From contig JYFJ02001495.1 in assembly GCA_000934665.2 (NCBI GenBank), positions 1 through 64,000 of the forward strand: DNA of 64,000 nt, written 5' to 3'. Positions 50,413 to 64,000 of this stretch are shown in pieces; positions within the stretch are counted from its first letter, which is position 1, and every line of letters starts with the position of its first letter. The notes beneath the pieces were generated by a model. That model saw nothing but the letters and a program-made list of their open reading frames with translations. It did not search any database and was not told the origin of the DNA. The position numbers and the translations under genes are program-made. Origin of the DNA: Catajapyx aquilonaris (lineage: Eukaryota).

Positions 50413-53400
50413 TTATTTTTGGTAGGTGACAACCTTAAAATAAAGAGGGAACTCGTTGAAGATGTCCTTGACGACCTGTTGGTCCTCCCTGCTGAGAATA
50501 CCTTCCTCGCACAAGATGCTTGTGAAGCACTTCAAGAGGTCTTCCTTTCTGTGACGATGTTCTGAGAATGTCGAGTTTCGGATTATCAGCTGGCACAGCT
50601 GCAGGTACACCCGACGCTTCTGCAAGTCACAAACGTGGTCAAATGATTAGGGAAATTGCATATGTGAGAAAGCAAAGAGGTTTACATCCACGTCGTCTCT
50701 CTTACCTCGTCTCCAGGAGACAGATCAGACAGCTGCCTAATGATGATATCAATGAGGACCTTGACATCATTTGTGTAGAAGAGAGCAGCAGTCTTTGACC
50801 AGTGGAAGAGGTCGGTGAACAGCTTCATTATTGAATGGGGAGGGGCTGGCGAGTGATTGAAGATCCTCACAGGATCAACTGAAAATTAAATTAATTAACG
50901 CACAAGGCATGGATGAAATGCAAACTCAATCAGCCTCGTAACCGCTGCACATGCAAGCGCTTTATGACAAACCACTAGCAAGGAGAATGGCATTGACGGC
51001 CAATATGGCGGCGGTTTATCAATTGTGTATAAAATATCCGTAACACAGGGCATTGCAAATTAAGGGCAGATATTACAGAATAATGCCATATCTACAACTT
51101 TAAATATAATTTTAGACATTTAAATACAGACTAGGAAAACCCTCGCTCCGCTCGCATTTTCCTAGGGCGCTGGCCTAGAAAACAGCTCGCTTCGCTCGCT
51201 CTTTTCTAGGCCTGCGGCCTACAGTGCCCACCATATTTTCCATCGCTTCGGACTTATATTGCCAGTGATGATGCCAATCACATCCACACCCCCCCACCCT
51301 CACCCGTTCCTCCGTTCATTCACATATCCGTGATTCCCTATACCCTGCGACCAATCTGCAATCCCACCTTTGCATTGGCTGGGAAATATGCATTTGCCCA
51401 CCTCAACATACCCATACCTTTGCAATAAAATAAAAAAACAATTTATTATTGTATGAACAAAAATTCACAACCTCTACCGCCTCTATTCGCATGCACTCGC
51501 ACATGTATCTAAATAATCATATGCATGCTTTCCGACCACGTTTTTCTAACTGATCATAACTTCCCTTTACTAATAAGCAGCCAATGGAACTTGGCAGTGT
51601 CTGTATTAGATCAGTGGTTCCCAACCTGGGGGTTGCGAAGCCGTCTCCGTGGGTGTCGAGGGTGGCCGCGATTATTTTAATAAATAAAAATAACTACAAT
51701 TAAAAAAATAATATTGCACGATCAAAAACTGGTTTAATTCTTCCCAACACTTTCTTTTGACGTTCTCGGCCTATCCCCGGGTTCAGTGTTGAATATCGCG
51801 GCTAATCCTGCAACTCTTCCCACTGGGGGATGCCAGTACTGCCGTCAGATGTGAGAGGACCGTAACTCAATGGTCACTTCCTTTGCGGCGAGAAAAGAAA
51901 GCAAGTGTTACCGAAAGCATCCAAGAGGTGGCGTAGGGGGAAGGGGGAAAAAGGAACGGCATCCCAACTCCACCTGTTGGGTGCTTTTGGTACCACTGCT
52001 TTTTTTCTCGCCACAAGCGGCGCAAGGGGAAGTGGCCATTGAGTTACGGTTTTCTCATATCTGACGGCAGCAGTAAGGACCTCGTTTAAAAAACCGGAAT
52101 TATTTTACTTTGTTCATAAACGTCCGCGGAGTTTATATTGGCACCATTGATAAACAACAGATTCCGACCTTGGCCAACATTCGATTCGGTTTGTTTACGG
52201 CACGTTCCATTCCCCCCCTCCTCTCCCCCTCCCCTGTTGTGAGGTCACCGTGAAAAATATGTGGGTGAAGAATGGTGGAAGGGTGGAGGGGTATTCACGG
52301 GAGAGGAGAATGATGTGTCCTCGTTGACGTCCAGCAAACGACTGTGGCGTTCTTCCACCCATTGCGCATGCTCAGAAGGGGGGCCAATCGGAGGCGTCAT
52401 GGTAACAATGCGTCCAGGGAACAATGAACGCGGGCCAATGGAGAGGTGGGGGCAACAGTGCGCGGCGGCGGACCAATCAGAGGGCTCGGCCAAACACCGC
52501 AAGGATTTTAATATTATAGATTAGAATCAAAGGCTTGTCACCAACCTTCCCTGTTGAGCAGGACGAGCACCTTCTCAGTAAAAGTCTTTGCCTGGCACCT
52601 GTCCGCCAGAACCCTGAGGGTCACATTGTCCTCTGGGTTTGTAAACTGCAGGTTATACGCCAGCAGGAGGTTCACAAACGAGTCTGGGATCTGCTCACCC
52701 ACATCCTCCTCAGAGGGACGCTCTATGCCATTCACAACATACGAAACGAATTCCTCCCCAAGTTGCTCTGAAAATCACAACAAACGTAAATTATATATAA
52801 ACACAGCAACTCAAGTAATAAATAAGTTATGTAATGAATGTCCTTGCCACTGCAAACATTTCATAATATTATGAGCAGTGACTTGTCTGGCAAGACGATA
52901 GCAGTTTCACTGCCCCTATCTTGCCTGATCAATAGCATGACCTTACCAAAATGGGTCACTGGCATAGGCTCTCCCATGCTCATCACCATCGTCAGCAAAA
53001 GGGCAGAGTAGCACTGGCGATCAACATTGTCTGGATGACTTCTCATGTCCCTGAAAACACAAATCACACATTGAGGCTCCTTCAAATTACTGGGCCAGTA
53101 TTCATGATACAATGTCGCTGAAAATATCGTACCCTTTCATCAGTCTCCCACATTCGATAGTAGGAGTCCTTAGTGATATTCTACTTTTACAACTCAGAGC
53201 TCTAGATTTGGTGGGGAAACAAACAGCACACAACTTCCCAAATGAGCCAAGTAACAGTACTTATGTCAGTATTTACCATCATGCTATTTGCATATTGGAA
53301 GAGAAACGCAGAGAGAAAAGCGCTTTTCCCAAGTAGCAGTGTGACGACTTAGTCAACTTTGCACCATGAGACAATGACACTCTTTGCATGTCGACACAAA

Positions 53401-56400
53401 ACTCTGTATGTATGATATACACCAAACCATTGTCATTCAATCAGAATCTCTTTTTTTTAAACACATCCTGTAACTACTATGTGCAGAGGGGTATTGGTGA
53501 AATGAAAAAAAAAAAATTGACCTGATTGAAGAAACGTCACCTCAGACATCCTTTATCCGTTAATAACTGATATTAATATCCAACTATTTACGGATAATGC
53601 TTGTACCGTACACTCCATTCCAATCTGAAATTGCAGTCCGATACTTCATGAACTGTGAAGGTCACTCAAAACTATTCAAAATTCACTTATGTAACAAGTG
53701 TTATCACAAGTGTCACTAGGGTCATCTCAGAGATTACAACCACTAATTCACCCAGTCACAATTTGTTCATTATTCCTGGAATAAAATATTGTACGCATGA
53801 AAAGTACAAGCATCAAAAAAGAAGAAAAGGTGAAATAGAACAATCGCTAAAAGCTAAACGAATGAGTTAGCATGCGATGTTCTCTGTAATCATCAGTTGC
53901 TTTGAAGATGAAATAGATCTTCTGTATTGACCGGCCAAGTTCTCAAGGGCAAATATCAACCAATCACTAAGTGAAGGGAGCCAATGCCAAAAACCAAACC
54001 CAAACAATGCTATCAGTGATCTAAGTGGCAGGGATGGGATGTTTTAATAACCCCCCAGGAGGCTGAATAATTATACCCTCTGCTGTCAGAGCGTGTGAGA
54101 CATGCCATACGTCAGGCATGACTCATTTCCCAACTTGACCTCATGGCAACCGAATCCAATCAATGCCAAACAGTCGGGGGTTCAGTCGGATGGTGTCTTA
54201 GTTGGAGCCAACTTCTTGTGGTGTGTGTGTGCTACAAACAAATTGCAAGAAAAGTTCGTACTCTCATCGTAAGTGTGGAAACCACTTGTGCTTGTTGATT
54301 TTGCTGCATTATTGCATAATTAATCAGGAGAATCACGTTGTAGCTGTTAACTGCCCAAACATTTTCTACTCATCCTACATCACTTCTCTTATTAAGTAAC
54401 AGAACTTGGCGCAGAGTTTAAATGGATTTTTCCGACATTTCACATGCAAGATATGCTTGAAGTATACATCAAAAGAAATGCGGTAGTTCAGAAATAGTTT
54501 GTCGGAATTATTTTTGACTCCACTTTATGGCATGCTCTTTCTGAAAACTTGCCAAAAGTGACACGCATCCTCACATCACCCAGCTTCAATTAATAACTCA
54601 CAGGGCAACACTTCTCAAAATAAGGGATTACGAGAGTCACATTAGGGTTGCGAATGCAAATATTTTTACTACAGTGCGAGCAGAAATGTGTTGCCAGGTG
54701 CATTGATGGATGTTACGGAGAAAAACGCTGCAAGTGGACAAGATGCAAGTGCCATGTATGTATATTAGTAGCTGTGCGCAGATGTAGGAACAAAGCATGG
54801 CATTGAAGGGAGTTGGCACAAGGCCATTGGTTAGCTGCCCTTGTCAATTTAACCCAGCTCTTAAGACTTTCAAAATTCTTGTGGGTCTGCAAAATAATCT
54901 GAGAAATAGATATGCTGACCTGGCAAGTTCGCAAGGCAGCACTGAGTTGAGAATGATGTGAAGCACAGTCAGGTCGAGGCCGCACATGGCCCCAAAAGCC
55001 TGCAGCAGGATCTCTCGGATGCACCAGCGGGATTCCATCTGATAGTAGAGAACCAGGGATTGAACCCAGTGGTAGCCACCTTGCACCAGAACATGCCGGG
55101 ACACCTCAGGATCTGCATTTGACTGGAAAGAAGGAGATGGATCTAGAGATTCCGCCACGTTCAGCCAGTAAGAGCCTGGTTTCCAAGCTATTACATACCA
55201 GAATGGACACAAGCTCCTGCAGGTACTCAACAATGACCGGTTCGTCCTCATGGAGCATCCAGCTCCTCTGTTGCTCATCATCCTTGCAGGCCGTCATCTC
55301 CTGAAAGATGACTCTCAGCCTCTTGGCATCATGGGTGTCCTCTATGAGCCGGCGGGAAACTGGAGGAAGAGGGTTCTGCAGCTGAGCGGACAAGCCGTCC
55401 AGCTCCCTGACCAGCGAGGGGGAAACGTGGGTCTGGAGGTGGCGAACCACAAGCTGCACCACCACTTGGGACATCTGGTGGGACAGTTGCGTGCTCTTGC
55501 GCACCGTCTCCACTAGCTCGTATGCTAGGTGGGGTTCCCTTTTGGAAGGACAAGAGCTCAAAAATCAGCAAAAACAAATACACAGAATTATAAAGCCCAC
55601 ATCATCTTATACCTTGAAAATACATCTTGACTCGATTGAGCCCCTTGATTAGCTGCCTGAAGATCAATGCTGTTGCGAGGAGGTCCTGCTCCCAAGCGTT
55701 GCTGTTGCTGTTGAGGGGTTGGCGGAAGTTGCGCAGGGAGGTGGGATGGTGTTCGGTGGGATGAAGGTGTGGACTCGCCACCTAGAGATTCGCCATTTCC
55801 TCCACGCTGATTCCATGCTGCAGCCTGCAAGACATAAGTTACAATGAAATAATCCACCCTCTGTGAAAATTGTTACGAGGGAAACACATGCAAGCCAGTC
55901 ATAATTTACCTGGTTAGCACATGGTTTCTCCTTCTTGTGAGGATCTTCATCGCCATTCCCTCTAAACAGATCCTCCCCTGCTGCTCCACCCTGTAAGCAA
56001 CATATTTACAAATATGTAGTGCATGTGAGAGAACTGGCTGCCAAATATCACACCTGGAAATTAGGTGAGGAGCCCATGCTGTTGGACCTGGGCATGGCAG
56101 TGGCCGCAGTTGCAGCCCTTACTGCTTCGAGTCCAGGAGGCGGTGGGATGTCGGAAGCGCTGGACCTGGCGGAGGATGCCCTGGACAGGTTGGGCGAGGG
56201 CTGCTTGGGTCCCTCCAGGGCGTCCTTCCTCATTTCCATCAGGCGCTGCACCAGCTCCAGCTTGTCTTTGGGCAGGCTCTTTCCCAGGTGGGCCAAATGG
56301 ACTGCCTTCACGCAAGCATCTATGAACTTGATGCATTGTTGGCCGCTCAGCTAAAAACGTATATCAGACCTTCGTTATTGTTCCGTCTGCCATGTCAAAG

Positions 56401-56594
56401 GACAACCAAGCCTGTACCGATGCGTGAGTGATGTAGTTCGTGGGCACGTATCCGACCTCCCCTTGCTCGTTGACCACCAGCCACCAGTTGTTCTTCTCCT
56501 TCGTGCTGCTGCTGAGCAGGATGAAGAGGCTCCCTTCCTGGAATCCAAGTGTCTTCGGGTGGATCGCCTTGAACTCATACAGCGACTTGAGCAT
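50413..56594 (-). CDS. NCKIPSD: NCK-interacting protein with SH3 domain (SPIN90/DIP), multi-exon
   Basis: N-terminal SH3 (MLKSLYEFKAIHPKTLGFQEG...WWLVVNEQGEVGYVPTNYI), ELVETVRKSTQLSHQMS, KDDEQQRSWMLHEDE, LVLYYQMESRW, FTEKVLVLLNRE and FYTNDVKVLIDIIIRQL match NCKIPSD family motifs. Confidence 0.92.
51612..51670 (+). mobile_element. hAT/Charlie-type transposon terminus
   Basis: CAGTGGTTCCCAACCTGGGGG is a typical Charlie-family end. The partner end was not located. Confidence 0.45.
51839..52070. mobile_element. MITE with about 50-bp imperfect terminal inverted repeats, in an NCKIPSD intron
   Basis: CTGCCGTCAGATGTGAGAGGACCGTAACTCAATGGTCACTTCCTTTGCG versus the reverse complement of 52021-52070, CTGCCGTCAGATATGAGAAAACCGTAACTCAATGGCCACTTCCCCTTGCG. 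Confidence 0.75.
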
Positions 56595-57657
56595 CTTGGC
56601 CCTACTACGCCTTGTCGGCCGCTTCTTCCGAGGTGTCGTGGCTGGGGGTCGGACCAGCCGGCCCAGGGGCTGGCAACCTAGGGGCAGGACCAGGGGCAGG
56701 GACCAGGGGCAGACCCCGCCCGATCTCAACACTCCCACTCAGATTCCGCCATCTTGGATGTTTTTAAAGGGAGACGAGGGGTTGAAAGTAGCATACCGGC
56801 TTTAATCTACTGTCGATAATGGCTACAAATATGTTGTTAATATCACTTAGTTTTTGCATTTAAAATTAGGTTGCAGAATTTGTGAATGGATCGGTTTTAC
56901 CCGCATACGACTGAAATCACGAATTAACAATTTTGGTCAGGTATTAATGACACAATACATTAATAACTACCAGCTGCATACTAATAAGCAGCGAATTCAT
57001 AGCTGATTAGTTAATAGCTGCTATTACTAGAGATAAATATGTAATATAATTATGTGTATTTATTATTAATCTATTTGTTAACAAATACATAATAATTCAT
57101 GCATTTCGCGTCCTTTGTGCATTAATTAAAGTCGCACTTGAATAGCACCCGATGACCTGGCACGAACCAGGGAAACGGAAAAAAAAAAGAAAAAAGAGTC
57201 GCCTTTGGTCGCCTTCCATATTTTTTTTTTTATGTAAAAATTGGTTTTAGTTTTGGGGGGGAAGGATGGGTCCTCGCTGAGACCAAAAAGGACCAAAAGA
57301 GGCCGTAAGTTCTGATGTGGTGGGATCTTAGAACTGTGGTGCACACGACCAAGGGGAACAGGGGTGTAGGGACATGCCAGGAGTTGAAAATGGAACAAAC
57401 TCTTCAATGATGGGCCATGTTAAGTGGGACAGGTGGACAACAAGGCCAGTTGGTATACACAGTTGTAGTTGGCAAGAGCGCTAAAGGGCAGTGTCAGGCG
57501 CAGGCGTCAATGAATCGCTTCGTTGCAAACGACTAACTATTTTTCATGTTCTTTCCAGAACATCATCTCCTGCCCCCCTACCCCATTCCCTCCTACATCA
57601 AAATGCATTGTAACTAGCCGTCAAAATTGAACCCACTTAAAAAATCCATTGTCAACC

Positions 57658-58455
57658 ATGGGCCATCAGGCCGATCCAAACAAGCCTCTGACTCCCCCAC
57701 CTTCCGAGGGCCCGCCTCCTTCTCCCCGACGTCGCAGCAAACCCTGCTCCCGCAAGCTTCTGGCGCAACTGGCAGGCGGTTTGCTTCTGACCGTTGTGGT
57801 CATCTTCCAATCAGGGATCCTCAACTTCTTCATTGTACGGAGGTTCAGGGACAGCATTGCACCCTACTTCTGGTTTGTGGCAGACCTGCTCTGTGTCCTG
57901 CTGTTTGCAGCCACACTCACCGTTGCATACAGGTATAGTCAGAATGCTTTACTGTCTTGGACTACAAAGGATGAAGTTCGTGCCGTCAATTTGAGTTATT
58001 TTAATGTTGTAAAATTGTTGAGAAATTTAATACTAATGGATCTTGCCTTTTTAGAGACACATGTGCCAGTTCCGGTGGTGGGGGACGTGCCGAGAGGGAC
58101 AAGCAGTATGATGCTCGGCGGCGTCAGGAATTGGTCACCCATCTTCCTCTCACTGCGAGACTGGGGTCACTTCCATACAGCTACGGATCCTGGCTGTTCT
58201 ACTCTGCACTCCTAGTCGCAAAGATTGTTCTCATCTTCAAGGCTGGAGTTCCACAGCACCTTAAGTCGGACGAGTTTTTTGGTCCACAGGTGTGTAAAAC
58301 TAACAAAATCTTGTAATTAGTAAACTATTTCAATAATAATAATAATACTACAACAACAACAACATCATGACATTTCCCTATGAGGGGTCGTCAGCGATGA
58401 AGGGAGACGCAAGCTGACCCAACATATGAACTTATAAAACTCATGAGAATAAACC

Positions 58456-58519
<64 letters not shown>

Positions 58520-59629
58520 TCCGGGGTAATGCTGACCTCATCAGAGGTATGTAGCACGGACCTTTATTTATTTTTGTCGTGTACATTGAAGCCTTTATAC
58601 GTAACGCCCGAGCCCACGGGCAGGATGACAGGAGGGGATGTGCAAGGTGCAGTGCATCTGACGCTGTGGCCATTTTTACTGAACTTCCCCGGGTGGTTTA
58701 GTCTGTTGGAAATACCACCGGAGACGAAGCCAGAGGTGACCCTGAACTCTGCACGAGATGAAGGGGGTGTCCCCGGGTTGGGATCGAACCCGGGACCTTA
58801 ACATCCGTGGGCGTGTACGTTACCGCAGCACCACTTCGCCTCCCCGACTATTTCAATTATTGTTTGTAGTTATCAGATAACAATCATATCTTGACATGAG
58901 TGTAGGAAGAACGACCTCTGATTCAAAATTAATTAGAGAGTAACTTGAGATATCTGCATGTTCTTGTGACAATACTTCTTATAGGTTTCTTCTCGTTCTC
59001 AGGTGCTGAAGCTCTCCATTGCTTTGTCAGCCGTGGTCCTCGCCCTGCTGGTGGAAGGTCACCATGATTCTGCCCCCGACTCAAGCCGAAATGCATACAT
59101 CTCCACAGTGTGCATGTCTGCCTGCTTCGACGTAATGGATTCTGTCAGCTTCCTTTCCCTCCTCTTCACCCATGAGTCCCACCTGGTGTTCAGCTTTGCC
59201 TTCGAAAATGTCATTCTTGGATTTGCTTGCCTGAACATACTGTTGCCAGCATTGACTTTGTACCGACTCAGCCTGTCTGGATTTGGAAATATCTACACCT
59301 TTCCTGCAGCTGCCTTTTACAAGTTTCTACACCTCTGCCTGGTTAACATACCGTACATGGGAGTCAGGATCTACTTATGGTCATTCCTACACTCAGACAT
59401 ATCCGTGTTCCTGGTCAAGAACATATGGGCTTCTCTGATCATTTTGAGGACTGTCGTCAAGGAGATGCCCTGCAAGTGCCCCAGCCGACGTACAGTTGCC
59501 CCCAGGAACAACGGGGCTGCCATTGAGCTGGGCAACGTGTCCACCGTGTCGGGTGGGAATAATCACCACCATGTAGTGGTTGCACCTCCTGGCAATGGCG
59601 GGAAGAAGCAGGCCAGTTCTGCCTGTTAA
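57658..59629 (+). CDS. TMEM121/CECR6-family multipass membrane protein; exons 57658-57932, 58055-58289, 59003-59629
   Basis: Multiple TM helices. Motifs WFVADL, SWLFYSALLVAKI, FDVMDSVSFL, LLPALTL, LVNIPYMGVRIYL and SVFLVKN parallel the TMEM121 family pattern. Exons join in frame. Confidence 0.75.
58335..58846 (-). mobile_element. Full-length tRNA-derived SINE insertion with an 11-bp target-site duplication
   Basis: TSD ACTATTTCAAT at 58324-58334 and 58847-58857. Head GGGGAGGCGAAGTGGTGCTGCGGTAACG...GGGTTCGATCCC (A/B boxes). Simple-repeat tracts at the 3' end. Confidence 0.88.
58456..58518. repeat. (AAT)n microsatellite inside the SINE
   Basis: About 21 perfect AAT units. Confidence 0.95.
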
Positions 59630-62600
59630 GAAAGATAATTGGAATGAAAAGAGAGAGAGAGACAGATTCAACGACGTTGCCTCAATTGGGAGTCAAAGTT
59701 GGGGAGGGAAAACTAGGGTTCCTCTGTAAATGGTGGCATAAATTGAAGTCATTTTATTATATTTTTTTTAAGAAGGGGTGTTTACTTGCACTTTACGAGA
59801 ACAAGTGATTGTAACCGAGTCCTGGTTGGAATTTGGCCATCCTACATTGATATGCAAACTGCCAACAAGGCAGCCAACCTGTTTTATTAGTTGCCATTAT
59901 AAAAATGAGGGGGACAATTGGAATTTGTGCCATATGTAGAGTAACAGATCGGCAGCCTATTGTTTATATGCTAGCAACTCATAGTCACGTGACGTACTAC
60001 AGGGGGCGAAGTGATGAAGGCAGCCTGGCTTGGGAGCGCCAACAAGTTCACTGTAATTCTAATGATGTTTCTGATCCAATGTGACATTGCAGTCGAGTGA
60101 TCCTCTGGGAATTTTCTGGGGCTCCTGACTCAGTCTGTCGTAAACTGTCGTCGACTGTAGTTCATAAATATCATATGCTATGGTGGAGCGAAATCGCCTC
60201 AACACGTGTTTTTAAAAAATGATCCAGGCATCTGACAAGCCACCGCTTGGTCACAGTGCGTTTTTTGTGGCAGCGATATGTCCTGATATTCTCAGCCGGA
60301 TTTTTAAGACGTCCTTACAACATTACCATCAGACTTTGACTGAGGGGGAAAATGTGAGGCAGACAAGCCCCTTGATTTCCATCACAGCCTTAATAACGAT
60401 GCCTTAAGTGACAGGAATCTATTATTGCTAGTCTGGGTGAAACAGTACAAGTTCTTCCCGCTTTGTTATTATATCCTCCGATGCGACAATTTAATTTTTT
60501 CACTGTTATATATCATAATTTTTGCACTGAATTGTGGTTGTGGGTGTCATACATGAGCCTTCCGGTTTTTATTTTTATGGAACCAGTTGTGAGTTACAGA
60601 TATTACACCAAAATGCCTAGATGGGCCGCGATCATGCAATTTGGGTGCCTCAAATATTACCAAAGCATTTACGGTACTTAAAAATTACTCAGTACTTGAA
60701 TCATAAAATGCGAATCTCATGTGGTCTGACCATGATAATGGGAGGTGGTGCATTCAGTATTCCTTTTTTAAAGATGCATATAATATCACCTGGGATTTTA
60801 TCATTTTCATCGCAATTGAATTATTCAACAGTATATTTTTATACCCACAGCTATTGTTGCTTTATTTTTAGATTTTTTATTCAAATGCAAGTGTTAAAAG
60901 CATTGGGTTATACCATGTGAGTTTTAGAATTTAGCGCATGTTCATAGTTGGAATGTTGCGGACTCCTGCATCAAATTGGTATTCGTCAGCCTGCCGAATT
61001 ACGGATGTGGGCTAAATTCTGAATCACATGGTATTTTGCTTCACGCTCATATATTTTATTTTATGGAAATTATTATTGATGGACATTTGCTTCTTCCTTG
61101 TATACTTCCACATGTGCCCGCAACTTCTGTAAGGTTGCTTCGTACCATTTATCTACTAAAAAAAGTCTTCCTTTGAGTGGTAACTTACTGTATTTGTGAA
61201 ATTACTATGGCTTTATTCGACATCTCAGACAATTTTGACTGTTTTCACTTTTGTTTAGCGTGCCTTTCCTCTTCTGATGCATTTAAAATGTCTTGACTAT
61301 TTGCCTTCGTAAAAAAGGTAAAGAAAAAAAAAACAGCTCTCTATTACTGTGTAACGTGCCTTTTTTGAGAAACGTTTTGCAGGAATCTCCACGTAAATTT
61401 ATCATTGGTGTTTTTCATGTTTCATACCGTGTTTCCAGTTTTGTGCTATGCAAACGTTAGAGTGTAGATATATAAGTGTCCATGTTAGGCAATAGTTAGT
61501 GATGATTATTTTTTTTAGAAATCCACTGGAGTAATACCATGTGTGATTGATAGATCTTTTTTTGGTAATGCTCATAGATTGCACTTAACTCACTGCCAGT
61601 ATAATGTGTAATGTTTAACATACCACCAGCACTGAATTTGTTAGAGGTATTCGTAGGGATCTGTAGATGAAGCCATAATGTGGTGCCAGCATTACCGAAT
61701 TTGATGTGTGCAAGTTGTTGCATGCGTAGCCTCAGCGCCTCATGACGGCAATTAGCAATTAGTTTGAAAGATGAGGAACAGTCCAGTACAAGTGCTTTGA
61801 AGAGAGACGTGGAAGAATCTTAGCCTTAACAATGTCAGGTGTTGTTTATACAAAGAAATCTCCATTCCGTAAGTTGTTTTGGGAGTTGTGTTTTGCAAAT
61901 GTGCGCATTAAAAATGAGACTGCAGCATTTCCTTTTCCACTTCACTTGTGACTTGTGCTTTACAACTTTTCTTACTCTGTAACCCTACAATGTAGTTTTC
62001 TATACCTTCAGATATTTGCCTATGTAGTTTGTAAGTGTATTTTCATACAACTCATTGGAGATCAATAAAGTCTTTATCCTCAGATGTTCCTTATTTTTCA
62101 TTATTTGATGATAACCCGCTGGCCTGTCGTAGTAACAGTGTAAGTATAACTTCAATTGTAAATCGATAATTCCGTGCACATGAGTATGTGAAATCTTTCA
62201 CACCGTTCACATGTGAATGCGAAGGCATTGATGGGGACACGGATTATTTTACACTCATTTCCGTCATCGATTTTGAATGAAAAGTCTGATCAAGATGAGC
62301 CATAAATATAGGGCAATCAGAGTGAAACTGCGATACAACTTGTTTCCCTTTTTATGATGCATCCATTCCAGCATGATTCCATCTGGGAAATCTCGTAGCA
62401 TAAAACTACTTTCGTTTCATTGTGGTCAGCCAACAAAACTTGGATGCCCAAAAAAAAAACTTAGACCACTCACCTTTTATCCTCCACATCATTTTTCAAA
62501 ATAATGAAAAAAAGGAGAAAATATTCATGAGCCAGCTGCACCTGCACAGGAATGTCTCCCAGTGTCAATTTATTATTGTCAATATTAATGTTGTGCAAAT

Positions 62601-64000
62601 ATTAATGTCTGATTTTTTACAGGTGATGTTCATGCCCCGGATCACAAACCCACCGGAGCTGGACATATAAGACGCACCAATAACACAAAAACCAACAACA
62701 AGGCGGAAAAAACACTGAAATTTTTTTGAGAGGAATGTGCACTGCATACTTCCACGCTTAGCGGACCGAGTGTAACGGACATTTATAACAAGTGTGTGTG
62801 TGTGTACAGGGCATCTCACTAATCTTGCTCTCCTTTCACCTTCATCCATATCCATATGAAACTAGAATCAACATTTTTTCTAAATATGTGGATTTCGCTT
62901 TCTGTGATTTCAGAATTGCGCCTGCAGTTATACGTAGCATGTGACTCGATGCATTCTGGTGCAACTTGCATACTGATTACTATTTAGCATATGCCATTTC
63001 CTGATCACTTTTCCTCTAATTTTCTGATTGTGCAAAATGTTGGGGTGTGCTGCAGTTGAAAAAAATTACACTAATCAGAAAGTGAAGGTTGTTATGTCAT
63101 GTCTCCTACCTGAACTTTTACTCAGATAATAGCATTTATTCTAATTACTGTAATCACATATGACGTTACTTTCAGGTCACGGTGGTCTGCTGAAAATTAT
63201 CATACACAGCAGACGTGTAATTTCCAGTTTTTGCCTCTATTTCGCTAATGGGCCAATGTAACAGGAAGAGCAATTATTTGTGCGTTACGCCAATACTGTT
63301 TCCGGAACACCAGCTCGCATTTCAAATGGCACACACACAAAAAATGGTGGTGTCCCATTGTTTCCCCTGGCAAAATTGTTCTTGATGATGAGAAAAAGGG
63401 ATTCCCAAGCAGAGCCGCAATTAGACTAGGGGTGTAGGTCACTTTCATTCCGGATCCCCCCCAACAATGTAATTAGACCTCCTCCATTGTCTGCACTTTT
63501 GGAAAGGCACGTTACAAACAACTGGTGCCATGGAACCGAGTAATTTGATGCCTTCCAGGATATTATTTTTTTTCAACTAGTTTTTGTGCATATGCTGCAA
63601 GGGCTAGATTTCACCTATGTTAAATGCGGGGAGGGAAATTATATCAATATGTTGTAATATTAGTGATCGGTCAAGGATGGTTTGTCGTATGCTTTCATTT
63701 TACACATAATGATTTTTGGGAACGTATCCTCTGGCATTACCATTGTAATGTTATAAGTGAAGTTGTGTAATGGCCATTTGCAGGAAAAATACAATAGGCT
63801 TCTATAATGATTATTCTGAACCTGACAGATGCAAGGTGCATCACGATTTTTTTATTTTAATTACACTATTCATTTAGGACCCCACCTTTAATAACAGTGG
63901 GATAAATCATATTGACATGAGTGCAGCACCTTCTGTTGTTTTTTCCCCTTTCTAGAGTTCAAGGCCCCGTGATGATGATGGCCAAACCAGACTGGACCAG

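Noticed and set aside
58365..58673. Poly-leucine membrane protein ORF
   Set aside because: It is the translation of the (AAT)n microsatellite within the SINE.
59630..64000. Short ORFs in the last 4 kb
   Set aside because: AT-rich, with no coding signature or homology; probably 3' UTR or intergenic.

Overview
Animal genomic DNA with short spliceosomal introns, almost certainly arthropod; the species cannot be identified from sequence alone. About 1-28 kb is a tandem/inverted array of 11 gustatory-receptor (GR, 7tm_7 superfamily) genes plus one orphan GR exon relic. Each gene has one long first exon, three small 3' exons separated by phase-0 introns, and the TM7 TYxxxxxQF signature. Eight copies are on +, three on -. 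The first copy has a single in-frame TGA (CGA->TGA). An LRR-like gene and a GT31 galactosyltransferase gene are interleaved on the - strand. The right half holds two paralogous ankyrin-repeat/SOCS-box genes flanking INTS7 (which has a U12-type intron), then NCKIPSD/SPIN90 head-to-head with a TMEM121/CECR6-family gene. Several MITEs and tRNA-derived SINEs are present, some with clear TIRs or TSDs. The most notable signals are in the GR array: a possible readthrough 'pseudo-pseudogene', exon- and intron-scale identity between inverted paralogs, a 9-nt splice-donor slide, shared upstream motifs and a double palindrome in one GR promoter. Nothing here can be shown from sequence alone to be a wholly new system. 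All exon coordinates are manual predictions from splice consensus and paralog alignment.
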